Positions 15,997 to 24,426 of a stretch of 64,000 nucleotides of DNA are shown in pieces. Position 1 is the first letter of the stretch, and each line of letters starts with the position of its first letter. Location: positions 7,630 through 71,629 of the forward strand of contig PMIP01000093.1 of assembly GCA_003158295.1 (NCBI GenBank), given 5' to 3'. The position numbers and the translations under genes are program-made. The notes under the pieces are model-generated. The model searched no databases and was not told the origin of the DNA. It was given only the letters and a program-made list of their open reading frames with translations. Origin of the DNA: Chloroflexota bacterium. GTDB lineage: Bacteria > Chloroflexota > Limnocylindria > Limnocylindrales > CSP1-4.

Positions 15997-16527
15997 CTAG
16001 ATGAAGAGCGTGGAGTCGGCCTCGGTCATGAGCTGGAGCGCCGTGGCTGCCCCGACGGGTTCTTCCATGCCATCGAGCAGGTCTTCGCGCCGCAGGCCGA
16101 ACATGTCCATGGTCATCTGGCACGGATAGAACTTGACCCCGAGAGCCATGGACATCTCGAGCAGATCCTTGGGCTTGGAGACGTTGTACTTCTTGGCGAG
16201 CTGGAACATCATCCACGGCCCCATGCCCATGAAGTTCATCTTGCTCAAGGGTCGGTGGCTGACGCCGGGCCGCTTCATGAAGGACATCATCTTCTGCATC
16301 CAGTTCTGGCCGGTGATGCGCTTCTTGTCCTTCACGAAGGTCTGAAGGCCCCAGAAGGTGACGAAGACCGAGGTCTCCATCTCCATGGCCGCGGCGGTGG
16401 AGGTCAGGATCATCGTCGCCCAGGTCTTCTCCAGCTCGCCGCTGTAGTCGATGATGACTAACTTCTTGGTCTTGATGGCGCCTTCGGACGAGGTCTGGAT
16501 CACGGGGGCGGTTGCGACGGCGGACAT
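15997..16527 (-). CDS. DsrE/DsrF-like (DrsE_2) family protein
   Basis: Internal ATG of track ORF 15997..16776, with AAAGGAAC RBS. KLVIIDYSGELEKTWATMILTSTAAAMEMETSVFVTFWGL...VKFYPCQMTMDMFG. Confidence 0.75.
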   Translation of the reverse strand: MSAVATAPVIQTSSEGAIKTKKLVIIDYSGELEKTWATMILTSTAAAMEMETSVFVTFWGLQTFVKDKKRITGQNWMQKMMSFMKRPGVSHRPLSKMNFMGMGPWMMFQLAKKYNVSKPKDLLEMSMALGVKFYPCQMTMDMFGLRREDLLDGMEEPVGAATALQLMTEADSTLFI

Positions 16528-16586
16528 TGGATCGTTCCTTTCGCGGCCAGCGGATCGCCTGCCTCGGCGTCCCCGCGGAGGCGCTG

Positions 16587-16823
16587 CTACTTGTGTCGAA
16601 ACACGAAGCGGTACTTGCCATCGGCCGAGTCGGACTCGACGAGAGCGTTGCCGGTCGAACCGGCCCATGCCGCGAAGTCCTTGACCGAGCCGGGATCCGT
16701 AGCGACGACCTCGATCAGCTCCCCGGAGGCGACGGTCCTGATCGCCTGGGTCGCCTTGAGAATCGGCAGCGGGCACGATAGGCCGGTTGCGTCGACCTTG
16801 AGCTTGATGTCGAGATTGCCCAC
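16587..16823 (-). CDS. tusA: TusA/SirA-family sulfur carrier protein
   Basis: 78 aa. VDATGLSCPLPILK (Cys-Pro-x-Pro) and ATDPGSVKDFAAWA. Confidence 0.85.
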   Translation of the reverse strand: MGNLDIKLKVDATGLSCPLPILKATQAIRTVASGELIEVVATDPGSVKDFAAWAGSTGNALVESDSADGKYRFVFRHK

Positions 16824-16887
16824 GCGATCTGCTCCTTGCTGGTTCGTGGCCGATCCGCTTCGCTCTCTCAGCGGTTGGATCGGCTGG

Positions 16888-17301
16888 CTAGATGAATACG
16901 ATCTGGCCCTCGCCGGCGTTGATGTAGAAGGCGGCCACGCCTTCGATACCGTTCACCAGGGGATCGAGATCCGACTGCTTGAGCTTCAGGAGATCCATCG
17001 ATGCCGAGCAGGCCTGGATGTCTACCTCGCCGAGCTCCTTGGCCATGCGCAGCGCGTCGGCCCAATGGGCCTGGCCTGTCCTTGCGGCAGCGTCGAACGC
17101 GAGCTTGCCGGCCTCTCCGGCCTCGGGCGCAAGGCCGTGATCGGCCGCGATCCGGTCGGCCCGGAACGCGTTCAGACCCCAGTACTGCAGGAAGATCTTC
17201 ACCGGCTTGCCGAGGGCGGCCGCACCGGCGACGAGGGTCGCGGCGGCCTGGAGCTTATCGTCCGTGCCGGAGAAGAGCACCAGGGAGATCGTTTCGTCCA
17301 T
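16888..17301 (-). CDS. DsrE/DsrF-like (DrsE_2) family protein
   Basis: 137 aa. ISLVLFSGTDDKLQAAATLVAGAAALGKPVKIFLQYWGL...VDIQACSASMDLL. Confidence 0.75.
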   Translation of the reverse strand: MDETISLVLFSGTDDKLQAAATLVAGAAALGKPVKIFLQYWGLNAFRADRIAADHGLAPEAGEAGKLAFDAAARTGQAHWADALRMAKELGEVDIQACSASMDLLKLKQSDLDPLVNGIEGVAAFYINAGEGQIVFI

Positions 17302-17309
17302 GGTTGGCC

Positions 17310-17690
17310 TCAGCTGATTGTCTGGTTGGCGGCGGCCGCGGACGCACGTCCTGCGAGCACTTCGGCCGGGGTTCGCGTGGCTGCCTGGGAGATTCGCGAG
17401 AGCCTGCGCACGAGCACGCCGCGCATCGTTTCGCAGGCGCAGATGATCTCGGGGTCGCTCAGGCGGTAGTGGACCTCACGGCCCACCCGCTCTGATTCGA
17501 CGACGCCCGCCGACCGCATCAACGCCAGGTGCTGGGAGACGTTGGGCTGGCTGATCCCAAGCTCTTCAGCCAGCCTGCTTACCTCGTGCGGACCCTCGGC
17601 CAGAAGGTGGATGATCTCGAGCCTCTTGGGGTTTGCGAGCGTCTTGAGCACTTCCGCTTGGAGTCGGTACACCTCGTCCATGCCAGGCAT
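17310..17690 (-). CDS. ArsR/SmtB family transcriptional regulator (paralog of 2483..2890)
   Basis: 126 aa. LKTLANPKRLEIIHLL...VSRLAEELGISQPNVSQHLALMRSAGVVESERVGREVHYRL. CxC pair (IICACE). Confidence 0.9.
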   Translation of the reverse strand: MPGMDEVYRLQAEVLKTLANPKRLEIIHLLAEGPHEVSRLAEELGISQPNVSQHLALMRSAGVVESERVGREVHYRLSDPEIICACETMRGVLVRRLSRISQAATRTPAEVLAGRASAAAANQTIS

Positions 17691-17699
17691 TCTTGGTCA

Positions 17700-17717
17700 T
17701 ATGCGCAGGTGCGCATA
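17700..17717. promoter_or_regulatory. Candidate operator: perfect 8-2-8 palindrome TATGCGCA-GG-TGCGCATA
   Basis: Read directly. It lies 10 nt upstream of the arsR start codon at 17690. Confidence 0.45.
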
Positions 17718-17857
17718 GGTACAGGGGTCCCCAGCTTGCGGGCCGAATGGCACGCCGACCGGCATGAGCATGCATCTACGGACCGCTTGACCCGGCACTA
17801 CGGGCGCGAACTGGCCGTGGCGCCTGACGAATGACTACAGGCCTGCACCCGCTCGGC

Positions 17858-18958
17858 TCAGCAGATGCGGGGCAGCTGCTCCCCCACGAGCATGTCCACG
17901 ATCCGCTGCGAGCCCACGATCGTGCGCATCGCGACCATTCCCGGATGGTCCGCCACGACGCGGCCGATCTCCACGGCCTCCACTCCCTGAGGGACGGCGC
18001 GCATGGCCGCCAGAACGGCCTCGGCCGAGGAGGCGGGCACGACGGCCACGAGCTTGCCCTCGTTGGCGACGTGGAGCGGATCCAGGCCGAGCATCTCGCA
18101 GGCGGCGCGAACGGGTCCGGGGATCGGGATAGTCTCCTCGCGAAGGTCTATGCCTACACCGGAGGCGGTCGCGATCTCATTGAGCGCCGACGCCAGGCCG
18201 CCCCGCGTCGGGTCGCGCAGGACGCGCACCTCCGGGCAGGCTGCCACGATCGCGGCCACAAGCCCGTTCAGCGGTTGGGTGTCCGAGGCGATCTCCACCT
18301 CGAAGTCGAGCCCCTCGCGAACGCTCATGATCGCGACGCCGTGCAGGCCGATCGGGCCGGACAGGATGAGGGCGTCCCCGACTGAGGCGCGATCGGCCCC
18401 CACGGTCACTCCAGTGGCAACCAGCCCGATGCCGGCGGTGTTGACGAAGAGCCCGTCCGCCGCCCCACGACCGACCACCTTGGTGTCGCCGGTGACGATT
18501 CGAACCCCCGCCCGAACGGCGGCCCGAGCGACCGACTCGGTCACCTTCTGCAGCTCCTCCATCGGCAGTCCTTCTTCGATCACGTAGGCAAGCGAGAGCG
18601 CCAGCGGCTGGGCGCCCATCATTGCCAGGTCGTTGACGGTGCCGTTGACCGCCAGCTCCCCGATGTCGCCGCCGGGGAACTCGAGCGGGCTGACGACGAA
18701 CGAATCGGTCGTGAAGGCGAGGCGCTGGCCGGCGACCTCCACTACGGCCGCATCGTTCAATGGACCGCCTGGGGCGGCGGCGGCCAGGGCCGGTCCGATC
18801 ACGTCGCGCATCAGCGCCGCCGAGAGTTGGCCGCCCGACCCATGGCCGAGCAGGACCCGAGCCAGTTCGGGGATCGGGGCCGGGCAGACCAGGTTCGCCG
18901 GATCCGGGGCATCCGCAGGCGACCCGAAGGGATCCGCCACTGGCCGTCGCTCGCTCAC
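17858..18958 (-). CDS. hypE: [NiFe]-hydrogenase maturation protein HypE
   Basis: AIR-synthase-like fold motifs and the C-terminal ...GEQLPRIC. I place the start at GTG 18958, which makes a GTGA overlap with the hypD stop. The track ORF extends to 19039. Confidence 0.9.
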   Translation of the reverse strand: MSERRPVADPFGSPADAPDPANLVCPAPIPELARVLLGHGSGGQLSAALMRDVIGPALAAAAPGGPLNDAAVVEVAGQRLAFTTDSFVVSPLEFPGGDIGELAVNGTVNDLAMMGAQPLALSLAYVIEEGLPMEELQKVTESVARAAVRAGVRIVTGDTKVVGRGAADGLFVNTAGIGLVATGVTVGADRASVGDALILSGPIGLHGVAIMSVREGLDFEVEIASDTQPLNGLVAAIVAACPEVRVLRDPTRGGLASALNEIATASGVGIDLREETIPIPGPVRAACEMLGLDPLHVANEGKLVAVVPASSAEAVLAAMRAVPQGVEAVEIGRVVADHPGMVAMRTIVGSQRIVDMLVGEQLPRIC

Positions 18959-20091
18959 CGCCCGCTCCGAGTCAGCTCGTAGAGCGGCACCGCCCTGGGA
19001 GTGGCGAGTCCTCGCCCCGCGGCGTGGTAGGCCGAGCACACGCCCTCGCTGGAAACCATCGGCGCCCCCAGGGGCTTCTGCGGGGAGCAGAGCACCCCGT
19101 AGGCCGTGCAGTCGAGCGGCGTCTTGGTGCCCTGCAGGATCGCCCCGGCGATGCAGGCCGGATGCTCGGCCGTGGTGATCGTGCCAACGTCGAAGCGTGC
19201 CTCAGCATCGAAACCGGCGAACTCCGGACGCAGGTGGTAGCCCGATGCCGGGATCATGCCGATGCCGCGCCACTTGCGGTCACCGATCTCGAAGACCCGG
19301 AAGACCGTCTCCTGGGCCTCGCGGTTGCCTTCTCGCTTCACGGCCCTGGCGTACTGGTTCTCGACGACCGCGCGGCCCTCCTCGAGCTGGCGGATCGCCA
19401 TCAGGACGCCCTCCAGCAGGTCCAGCGGCTCGAAGCCGGTGACCACGATGGGGACGTGGTAGCGCTCGGCGATCGGCTCGTACTCGGTCCAGCCCATGAC
19501 CGCGCAGACGTGGCCCGCGGCCAGAAACGCCTGCACCTGACAGGTCGGCGACTCGAGGATCGCGCTCATCGCCGGCGGCACGAGCACGTGGCTGACCAGG
19601 ACGGAGAAGTTGCCCAGGCCCAGGCGCGCCGCCTGCCAGACCGCCATCGCGTTGGCGGGAGCGGTCGTCTCGAAACCGATGGCGAAGAAGACGACCTGGC
19701 GTTCGGGGTTGGCCGCCGCGATGCGAACCGCGTCCAGAGGCGAGTAGACGATCCGCACGTCGGCGCCGCGGGCCTTCAGGCTCAGCAGGTCCGTCGTCGA
19801 TCCGGGCACCCGCAGCATGTCGCCGTAGCTCGTGAAGATGACGTCCGGCCGGGCGGCGATCGCCAGCGCCTTGTCGATCTGTTCGAGGGGCGTGACGCAG
19901 ACCGGGCAGCCGGGCCCGTGGATCATCCTCACCCCGGCCGGCAGTGCCTCGTCGATCCCCTGCTTGACCAGAGTGTGGGTCTGACCGCCGCAGACCTCCA
20001 TCAGTGCCCACGGCCGGGTGGTGACGCGGTGGATCTCGTCGACCAGCTTGCGGGCCAGCTGTGCGTCCCGGTACTCGTCGATGTACTTCAT
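18955..20091 (-). CDS. hypD: [NiFe]-hydrogenase maturation protein HypD
   Basis: 378 aa. MKYIDEYRD..., [20 protein letters not shown] and the C-terminal Cys cluster. Confidence 0.95.
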   Translation of the reverse strand: MKYIDEYRDAQLARKLVDEIHRVTTRPWALMEVCGGQTHTLVKQGIDEALPAGVRMIHGPGCPVCVTPLEQIDKALAIAARPDVIFTSYGDMLRVPGSTTDLLSLKARGADVRIVYSPLDAVRIAAANPERQVVFFAIGFETTAPANAMAVWQAARLGLGNFSVLVSHVLVPPAMSAILESPTCQVQAFLAAGHVCAVMGWTEYEPIAERYHVPIVVTGFEPLDLLEGVLMAIRQLEEGRAVVENQYARAVKREGNREAQETVFRVFEIGDRKWRGIGMIPASGYHLRPEFAGFDAEARFDVGTITTAEHPACIAGAILQGTKTPLDCTAYGVLCSPQKPLGAPMVSSEGVCSAYHAAGRGLATPRAVPLYELTRSGR

Positions 20092-20420
20092 GCGGCCCCC
20101 GAACCGACGCCCGGAGGCGCGCCCGAGCCGCCCACCGCCGCCACGCCCGACGCCGTCTCACCGGGGCCCATGGCGCCGAGCTCCTGCGCCATCCCTTCGG
20201 CATCGATCGCCCGAATCATCTCCAGCGTTCGCAGCGCCTCTTCCTCGTCCACGTGGCTGATTGCGAAGCCGACGTGCACGATGACGTAGTCGCCCAGGGA
20301 GACCTCAGGCTCGTAGGCGAGGCAGGCTTCCTTCCGCACGCCCCCAAAGTCGACGATGGCCATCCGCAACGGACCATCGTCGCGGATCTCGACCACCTTG
20401 CCGGGGATGCCTAGGCACAT
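20088..20420 (-). CDS. hypC: [NiFe]-hydrogenase maturation chaperone HypC (with a Gly/Ala-rich C-terminal extension)
   Basis: Begins with the [12 protein letters not shown] signature. 110 aa, versus the usual 75-90. Confidence 0.9.
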   Translation of the reverse strand: MCLGIPGKVVEIRDDGPLRMAIVDFGGVRKEACLAYEPEVSLGDYVIVHVGFAISHVDEEEALRTLEMIRAIDAEGMAQELGAMGPGETASGVAAVGGSGAPPGVGSGAA

Positions 20421-20477
20421 TAGAAGCTCTCCTTGCCGGTTCCGCGGCCGCCGGGCCGCATCCCGAGATTGCGCACG

Positions 20478-22886
20478 CTACGTGGCTCCGGCCAGGCGAG
20501 CGGCTGCCACCGCGGCTTGACCGTAGCTGATCCCGCCGTCGTTCGCCGGGACCTTCTGGTTGGTATGGACCTCGAAGCCGTCGCCGGTCAGGCGCCGGAC
20601 GAGGGTCGTCGCGAGCCACTGATTCTGGAAGACGCCGCCGGAGAGCGCCACGGCACGCAGGCCCGTGGCCGTGCGCACCTCGCCGCACAGCTGGCGGGTG
20701 ACGGCTGCGACGGTCTCCTGGAAGCGGGCCGCCAGGCGTTCCACCGGCACGCCTTCGGCACGACCCTCCAGCAGCGACCGGAGGGTCGGCCGCGGGTCGT
20801 AGACGAGGAGGCCTTCCTGCTCAACAATCTCGTATGGAAGCGGCCGGCGGCTCCCCTCCTCCGCGAGCAGCTCCAGCTCCACGGCCGCTTGGGCTTCGTA
20901 CTCGGCGACGTCGCGAATACCCAGCAGGCTGGCCGCGGCGTCGAAGAGGCGGCCGGCCGACGAAGCCACCGGGGCATTGAGCCCGCGAGCGAGCTGGACT
21001 CGAACGACCTCGACCTCGCGAGGGTCCAGCCGATCCAGAAACGCCCGGGTCAGCTCCGGGTCGATCCAGTCGGCGACCCTGCCCTCGGGCTCGAAGGCCT
21101 CGGCCGAAAGCAGGTATCCGAGCGCCATCCGATACGGCTTCTTGATCGCCAGCGCCCCGCCCGGCATGGCCGCCCGACCGAACCGAGCCACCCGCCGGTA
21201 AGTGGCGAGAGTAGCCACGAGCACCTCGCCGCCCCAGAAGGTGCCGTCGTCGCCCATTCCCAGGCCGTCGAATGCGACGCCGATGAACTCGCCGGTCAGC
21301 CCCGCCTCGGCCGCCGCGGAGGCGACGTGGGCGTGGTGATGCTGCACGCCGATGCGCCGGTTCTCGGGGAAGTTGCGGACTGCGAACTGGGTCGAGAGGT
21401 AGGCCGGATGGAGGTCGTGGGCGACCCATCGCGGCTCGATGTCGAGCAGACGCCGCAGGTGAGCCAGGTTCCCTTCGAAGGCCCTGTGCGTGAGCAAGTC
21501 CTCGAGATCGCCGGTGTGCGGAGCGACGTAGGCGCGCCGGCCGCGAGCCAGTGTGAACGTGTGCTTGAGTTCCGCGCCGACCGCGAGGATCGGCTCCGGC
21601 GTGGCGATCGGCAGGTCGAGAGGCTCCGGCGCGTAGCCGCGGCCGCGGCGGATCAGACTCTCGCGCCCGTCCACGACCCGCGTCACCGAGTCGTCGTAGC
21701 GAGCCCGGATCTCGCGGTCGTGGGACAGGAACGAGTCGGCAATCCCCGACAGCCGCTCCAGGGCCTCGGCGTCGTCCGTGGCCAGCGGTTCGTCGGCTAG
21801 GTTGCCGCTCGTCAGGACGATGGGCCGGCCCAGGCCTTCGAGCAGGAGGTGATGCAGGGGCGCGTACGGCAGGAAGAGGCCTACGCGGCGAGTCAGGGCG
21901 GCCGCGCGCTGCGGCTCGGCGCTGACCACGCCGTCGGCGAGTTGCGGCCCACCGCCCCGCTTGCCATCGCACGGCGACGGCGCGCCGTCCCGACGCCGCT
22001 CCACGAGGACGATCGGCCGCGCGGGCGAGGCCAGCAGCGCCTCCTCCTCCGGCGACAGGTCGGCCTGGAGCCTCGCGGCATCGATATCCCGCACCATCAC
22101 CGCGAAGGGCTTGGCCCATCGATGCTTGCGGTCTCGGAGCCGGGCCACGGCAACCGGATCAGTGGCGTCGCAAGCCAGGTGGTAGCCGCCCAACCCCTTG
22201 ACCGCGACGATTCGCCCCTCCCGCAGGTCGGCGAGGGCGGCCTGCAGCGCCTCTTCCCGGACTGCCGCCGGGGCGGCGTCGCTCGGCCTCCGGTAGCTCA
22301 GCTGCGGACCGCAGTCCGGGCACGCCACGGGCTCGGCGTGGAAGCGGCGGTTGGCGGGGTCGCGGTACTCTGCCTCGCACGCGGCGCAGAGCGGGAACTC
22401 GCGCATGCTCGTGCGGGCCCGGTCGTACGGCAGGTCCTCGATGATCGTGGCTCGTGGACCGCAATTGGTGCAGTTGGTGAACGGGTAGCGATAACGACGG
22501 TCGGCCGGGTCGGTCAGCTCGCGCAGGCAGTCGTCGCAGGTGGCGATGTCGGGCGGGAAGAGGCGCTCGGTCGAGGCAACGGCCTCGCTCTCTTCGATCT
22601 CGAAACCCGAGCCGGAGGCGATCTCGCGCTCTACCGGCCGAACCCGGACCTCCTCGACGCGTGCCCGCGGAGGGGCGTCCGATGCGAGTCGACCGGCGAA
22701 GGCCTCGACCGCATCCTGCGCACCGGCGATCTCGATCTCGACCTGGCCGGCTCGATTGACGACCGTGCCGTCGAGTCCGAGCTCAGTGGCGAGACGCCAG
22801 ACGAACGGCCGGAACCCGACGCCCTGGACCACGCCATGGACTTCGATCGCCCGAACGACCCGCTCGCTGTTCGGCGTGAGTCTCAC
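20478..22886 (-). CDS. hypF: Carbamoyltransferase HypF
   Basis: 802 aa. Acylphosphatase domain (VHGVVQGVGFRPFV), two zinc fingers (CDDCLRE...CTNCGPR and CAACEAEY...CPDCGP), plus YrdC-like and Kae1-like regions. Confidence 0.95.
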   Translation of the reverse strand: MRLTPNSERVVRAIEVHGVVQGVGFRPFVWRLATELGLDGTVVNRAGQVEIEIAGAQDAVEAFAGRLASDAPPRARVEEVRVRPVEREIASGSGFEIEESEAVASTERLFPPDIATCDDCLRELTDPADRRYRYPFTNCTNCGPRATIIEDLPYDRARTSMREFPLCAACEAEYRDPANRRFHAEPVACPDCGPQLSYRRPSDAAPAAVREEALQAALADLREGRIVAVKGLGGYHLACDATDPVAVARLRDRKHRWAKPFAVMVRDIDAARLQADLSPEEEALLASPARPIVLVERRRDGAPSPCDGKRGGGPQLADGVVSAEPQRAAALTRRVGLFLPYAPLHHLLLEGLGRPIVLTSGNLADEPLATDDAEALERLSGIADSFLSHDREIRARYDDSVTRVVDGRESLIRRGRGYAPEPLDLPIATPEPILAVGAELKHTFTLARGRRAYVAPHTGDLEDLLTHRAFEGNLAHLRRLLDIEPRWVAHDLHPAYLSTQFAVRNFPENRRIGVQHHHAHVASAAAEAGLTGEFIGVAFDGLGMGDDGTFWGGEVLVATLATYRRVARFGRAAMPGGALAIKKPYRMALGYLLSAEAFEPEGRVADWIDPELTRAFLDRLDPREVEVVRVQLARGLNAPVASSAGRLFDAAASLLGIRDVAEYEAQAAVELELLAEEGSRRPLPYEIVEQEGLLVYDPRPTLRSLLEGRAEGVPVERLAARFQETVAAVTRQLCGEVRTATGLRAVALSGGVFQNQWLATTLVRRLTGDGFEVHTNQKVPANDGGISYGQAAVAAARLAGAT

Positions 22887-23221
22887 GGGACCGCCTCCAG
22901 CAGCTCGACGTCGATCTGCTCGTTGGCGAAGTCCGGGAGGGTCTCGGCGCCACAGCTTGGGCAGGGCGGCGCGAATTCCAAGGATCCGAACTCGGCGTCG
23001 CAGGTCGGGCAGTAGTGACCGAAGGGAACGCGGCGGATCTCGAGGCTCGCGACCGAGGCGGCCTCCTCCGGCATCTCGGCGACCAGATGGACTCGCATCC
23101 CGGCCTCGAATTCGGCCGGGTCGTGGTGACCGCCGCGCACGATCAGACGAACTTGCCCCACGCGCAGGCCGCTTCCGCGCAGCAGCTTCGCCACGCCTCG
23201 CGCCAGACCTGCTTCGTGCAT
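22883..23221 (-). CDS. hypA: Hydrogenase nickel-insertion protein HypA
   Basis: 112 aa. MHE start and two CxxC pairs (CPTC...CPSC). GGAGG RBS. ATGA overlap with the hypF start. Confidence 0.85.
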   Translation of the reverse strand: MHEAGLARGVAKLLRGSGLRVGQVRLIVRGGHHDPAEFEAGMRVHLVAEMPEEAASVASLEIRRVPFGHYCPTCDAEFGSLEFAPPCPSCGAETLPDFANEQIDVELLEAVP

Positions 23222-23453
23222 TCGATCGAACCTCCGCTGGGGGACGTCCCGAAGCCGGGCTCGACCTCCCGCCGAGCGTGCGGACCTGCCGTTCGCCCGG
23301 CTCTATCTCACATCATCTCGCTGCAGTATCCGCCTGCCGAGCGGCCCGCACCTCGTGCCGAAGGTCCCGACTAGGTCCTGAGTGCGGGTAGGCGGTGCCA
23401 CCTTCCCTGGGTGCTCGACATGAAGTCGTCAGCTCGATCCTACAATCGCGGCT

Positions 23454-24422
23454 ATGACCTCGACGGAAGGCCCCGGATCGTCTCGGGAAAGCCGTCCTCG
23501 CCTCGCGCGGGCGACCGTGGGCGCTGGGATTCGGGCCTTTCGCCTGGACGACGAGCCCGCCCTTCGGCGCGTCATGACCGCCGCCCTCGAGGTCGACGCC
23601 TATCCCGGCTTCAGCTCCTGGGACCTGGACGGCGAGGCGGTCTCGATCGTCGGCGCACCCGACGATGTGGTGGTCGCGGTCGAGGATGACGCCGTGTGCG
23701 GCTACGTCAGCCCGGGCCACGATGATCTCACCGTCCATCCCGAATACCGGCGACGCGGCCACGGACGGCGGCTCTTCGCCGCCGGCCTGGAGCTGGCGGC
23801 GCGGGAGGGCTTGAGCGAAATCCGCCTCTACGTGCCATTGAGTGGCGCCGGCCAGGCGTTTGCTAGGGCGATGGGAATGTCGTATCGCTCCAGCATGTGG
23901 CGCCTGGACCTTGCGCCGGAAGCAGCCGTCCCCGAGCCGGTATTCCCCGTCGAGGTGGCCAGCCGCGCTTTCGGTGACTGGCTGTCGCTGCCACGATTCC
24001 TCGATCTGCTCAACGCCACCTTCGCCAGCCATCCCAGTCCCGTGTCTTGGACCCTTGGCGAAATCCAGCATGCGCACGACCAGCCCGATTTCGACCCGAC
24101 AACGATCTTGCTTGTCTCACCTGTCGGCCGACCTGATGATCCGATCGCCTTCGTTCGGACCGCGCTTGCGCCGCCCGGGAACGGTGAGGCGGCGCCGGTC
24201 GGCGACGTCCGGCTGATCGGAGTGGCGCCGCAATGGCGAGGCCGCGGGTTGGGCCGCGAACTCCTGCGTTGGGGCGTGGCGCAGCTGCGGGCCCGCGGCG
24301 CCAGCAGAATCCAGCTGAGCGTCGAGGCGGAGAACGACCTGGCGCTGGGGCTCTACCGCCGGGCCGGATTCGAACCGCTCGTTGAGTGGCCTCACTGGAG
24401 TAGGCCCGTCCGGATCCCGTAG
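23454..24422 (+). CDS. Tandem-GNAT acetyltransferase, mycothiol synthase (MshD)-like
   Basis: 322 aa with two GNAT cores (HPEYRRRGHGRRLFAAGLE and APQWRGRGLGRELLRWGV). This is the MshD architecture, but orthology is not verified. Confidence 0.6.
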   Translation: MTSTEGPGSSRESRPRLARATVGAGIRAFRLDDEPALRRVMTAALEVDAYPGFSSWDLDGEAVSIVGAPDDVVVAVEDDAVCGYVSPGHDDLTVHPEYRRRGHGRRLFAAGLELAAREGLSEIRLYVPLSGAGQAFARAMGMSYRSSMWRLDLAPEAAVPEPVFPVEVASRAFGDWLSLPRFLDLLNATFASHPSPVSWTLGEIQHAHDQPDFDPTTILLVSPVGRPDDPIAFVRTALAPPGNGEAAPVGDVRLIGVAPQWRGRGLGRELLRWGVAQLRARGASRIQLSVEAENDLALGLYRRAGFEPLVEWPHWSRPVRIP

Positions 24423-24426
24423 CTCC

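Noticed and set aside
18760-22119. Long plus- and minus-strand ORFs over the hyp operon (18760..20289, 19280..20203, 20433..21800, 20821..22119, 21849..23015)
   Set aside because: All are low-complexity Arg/Gly/Pro/Ala shadows of unmistakable hypE/D/C/F genes, as is typical of high-GC DNA.
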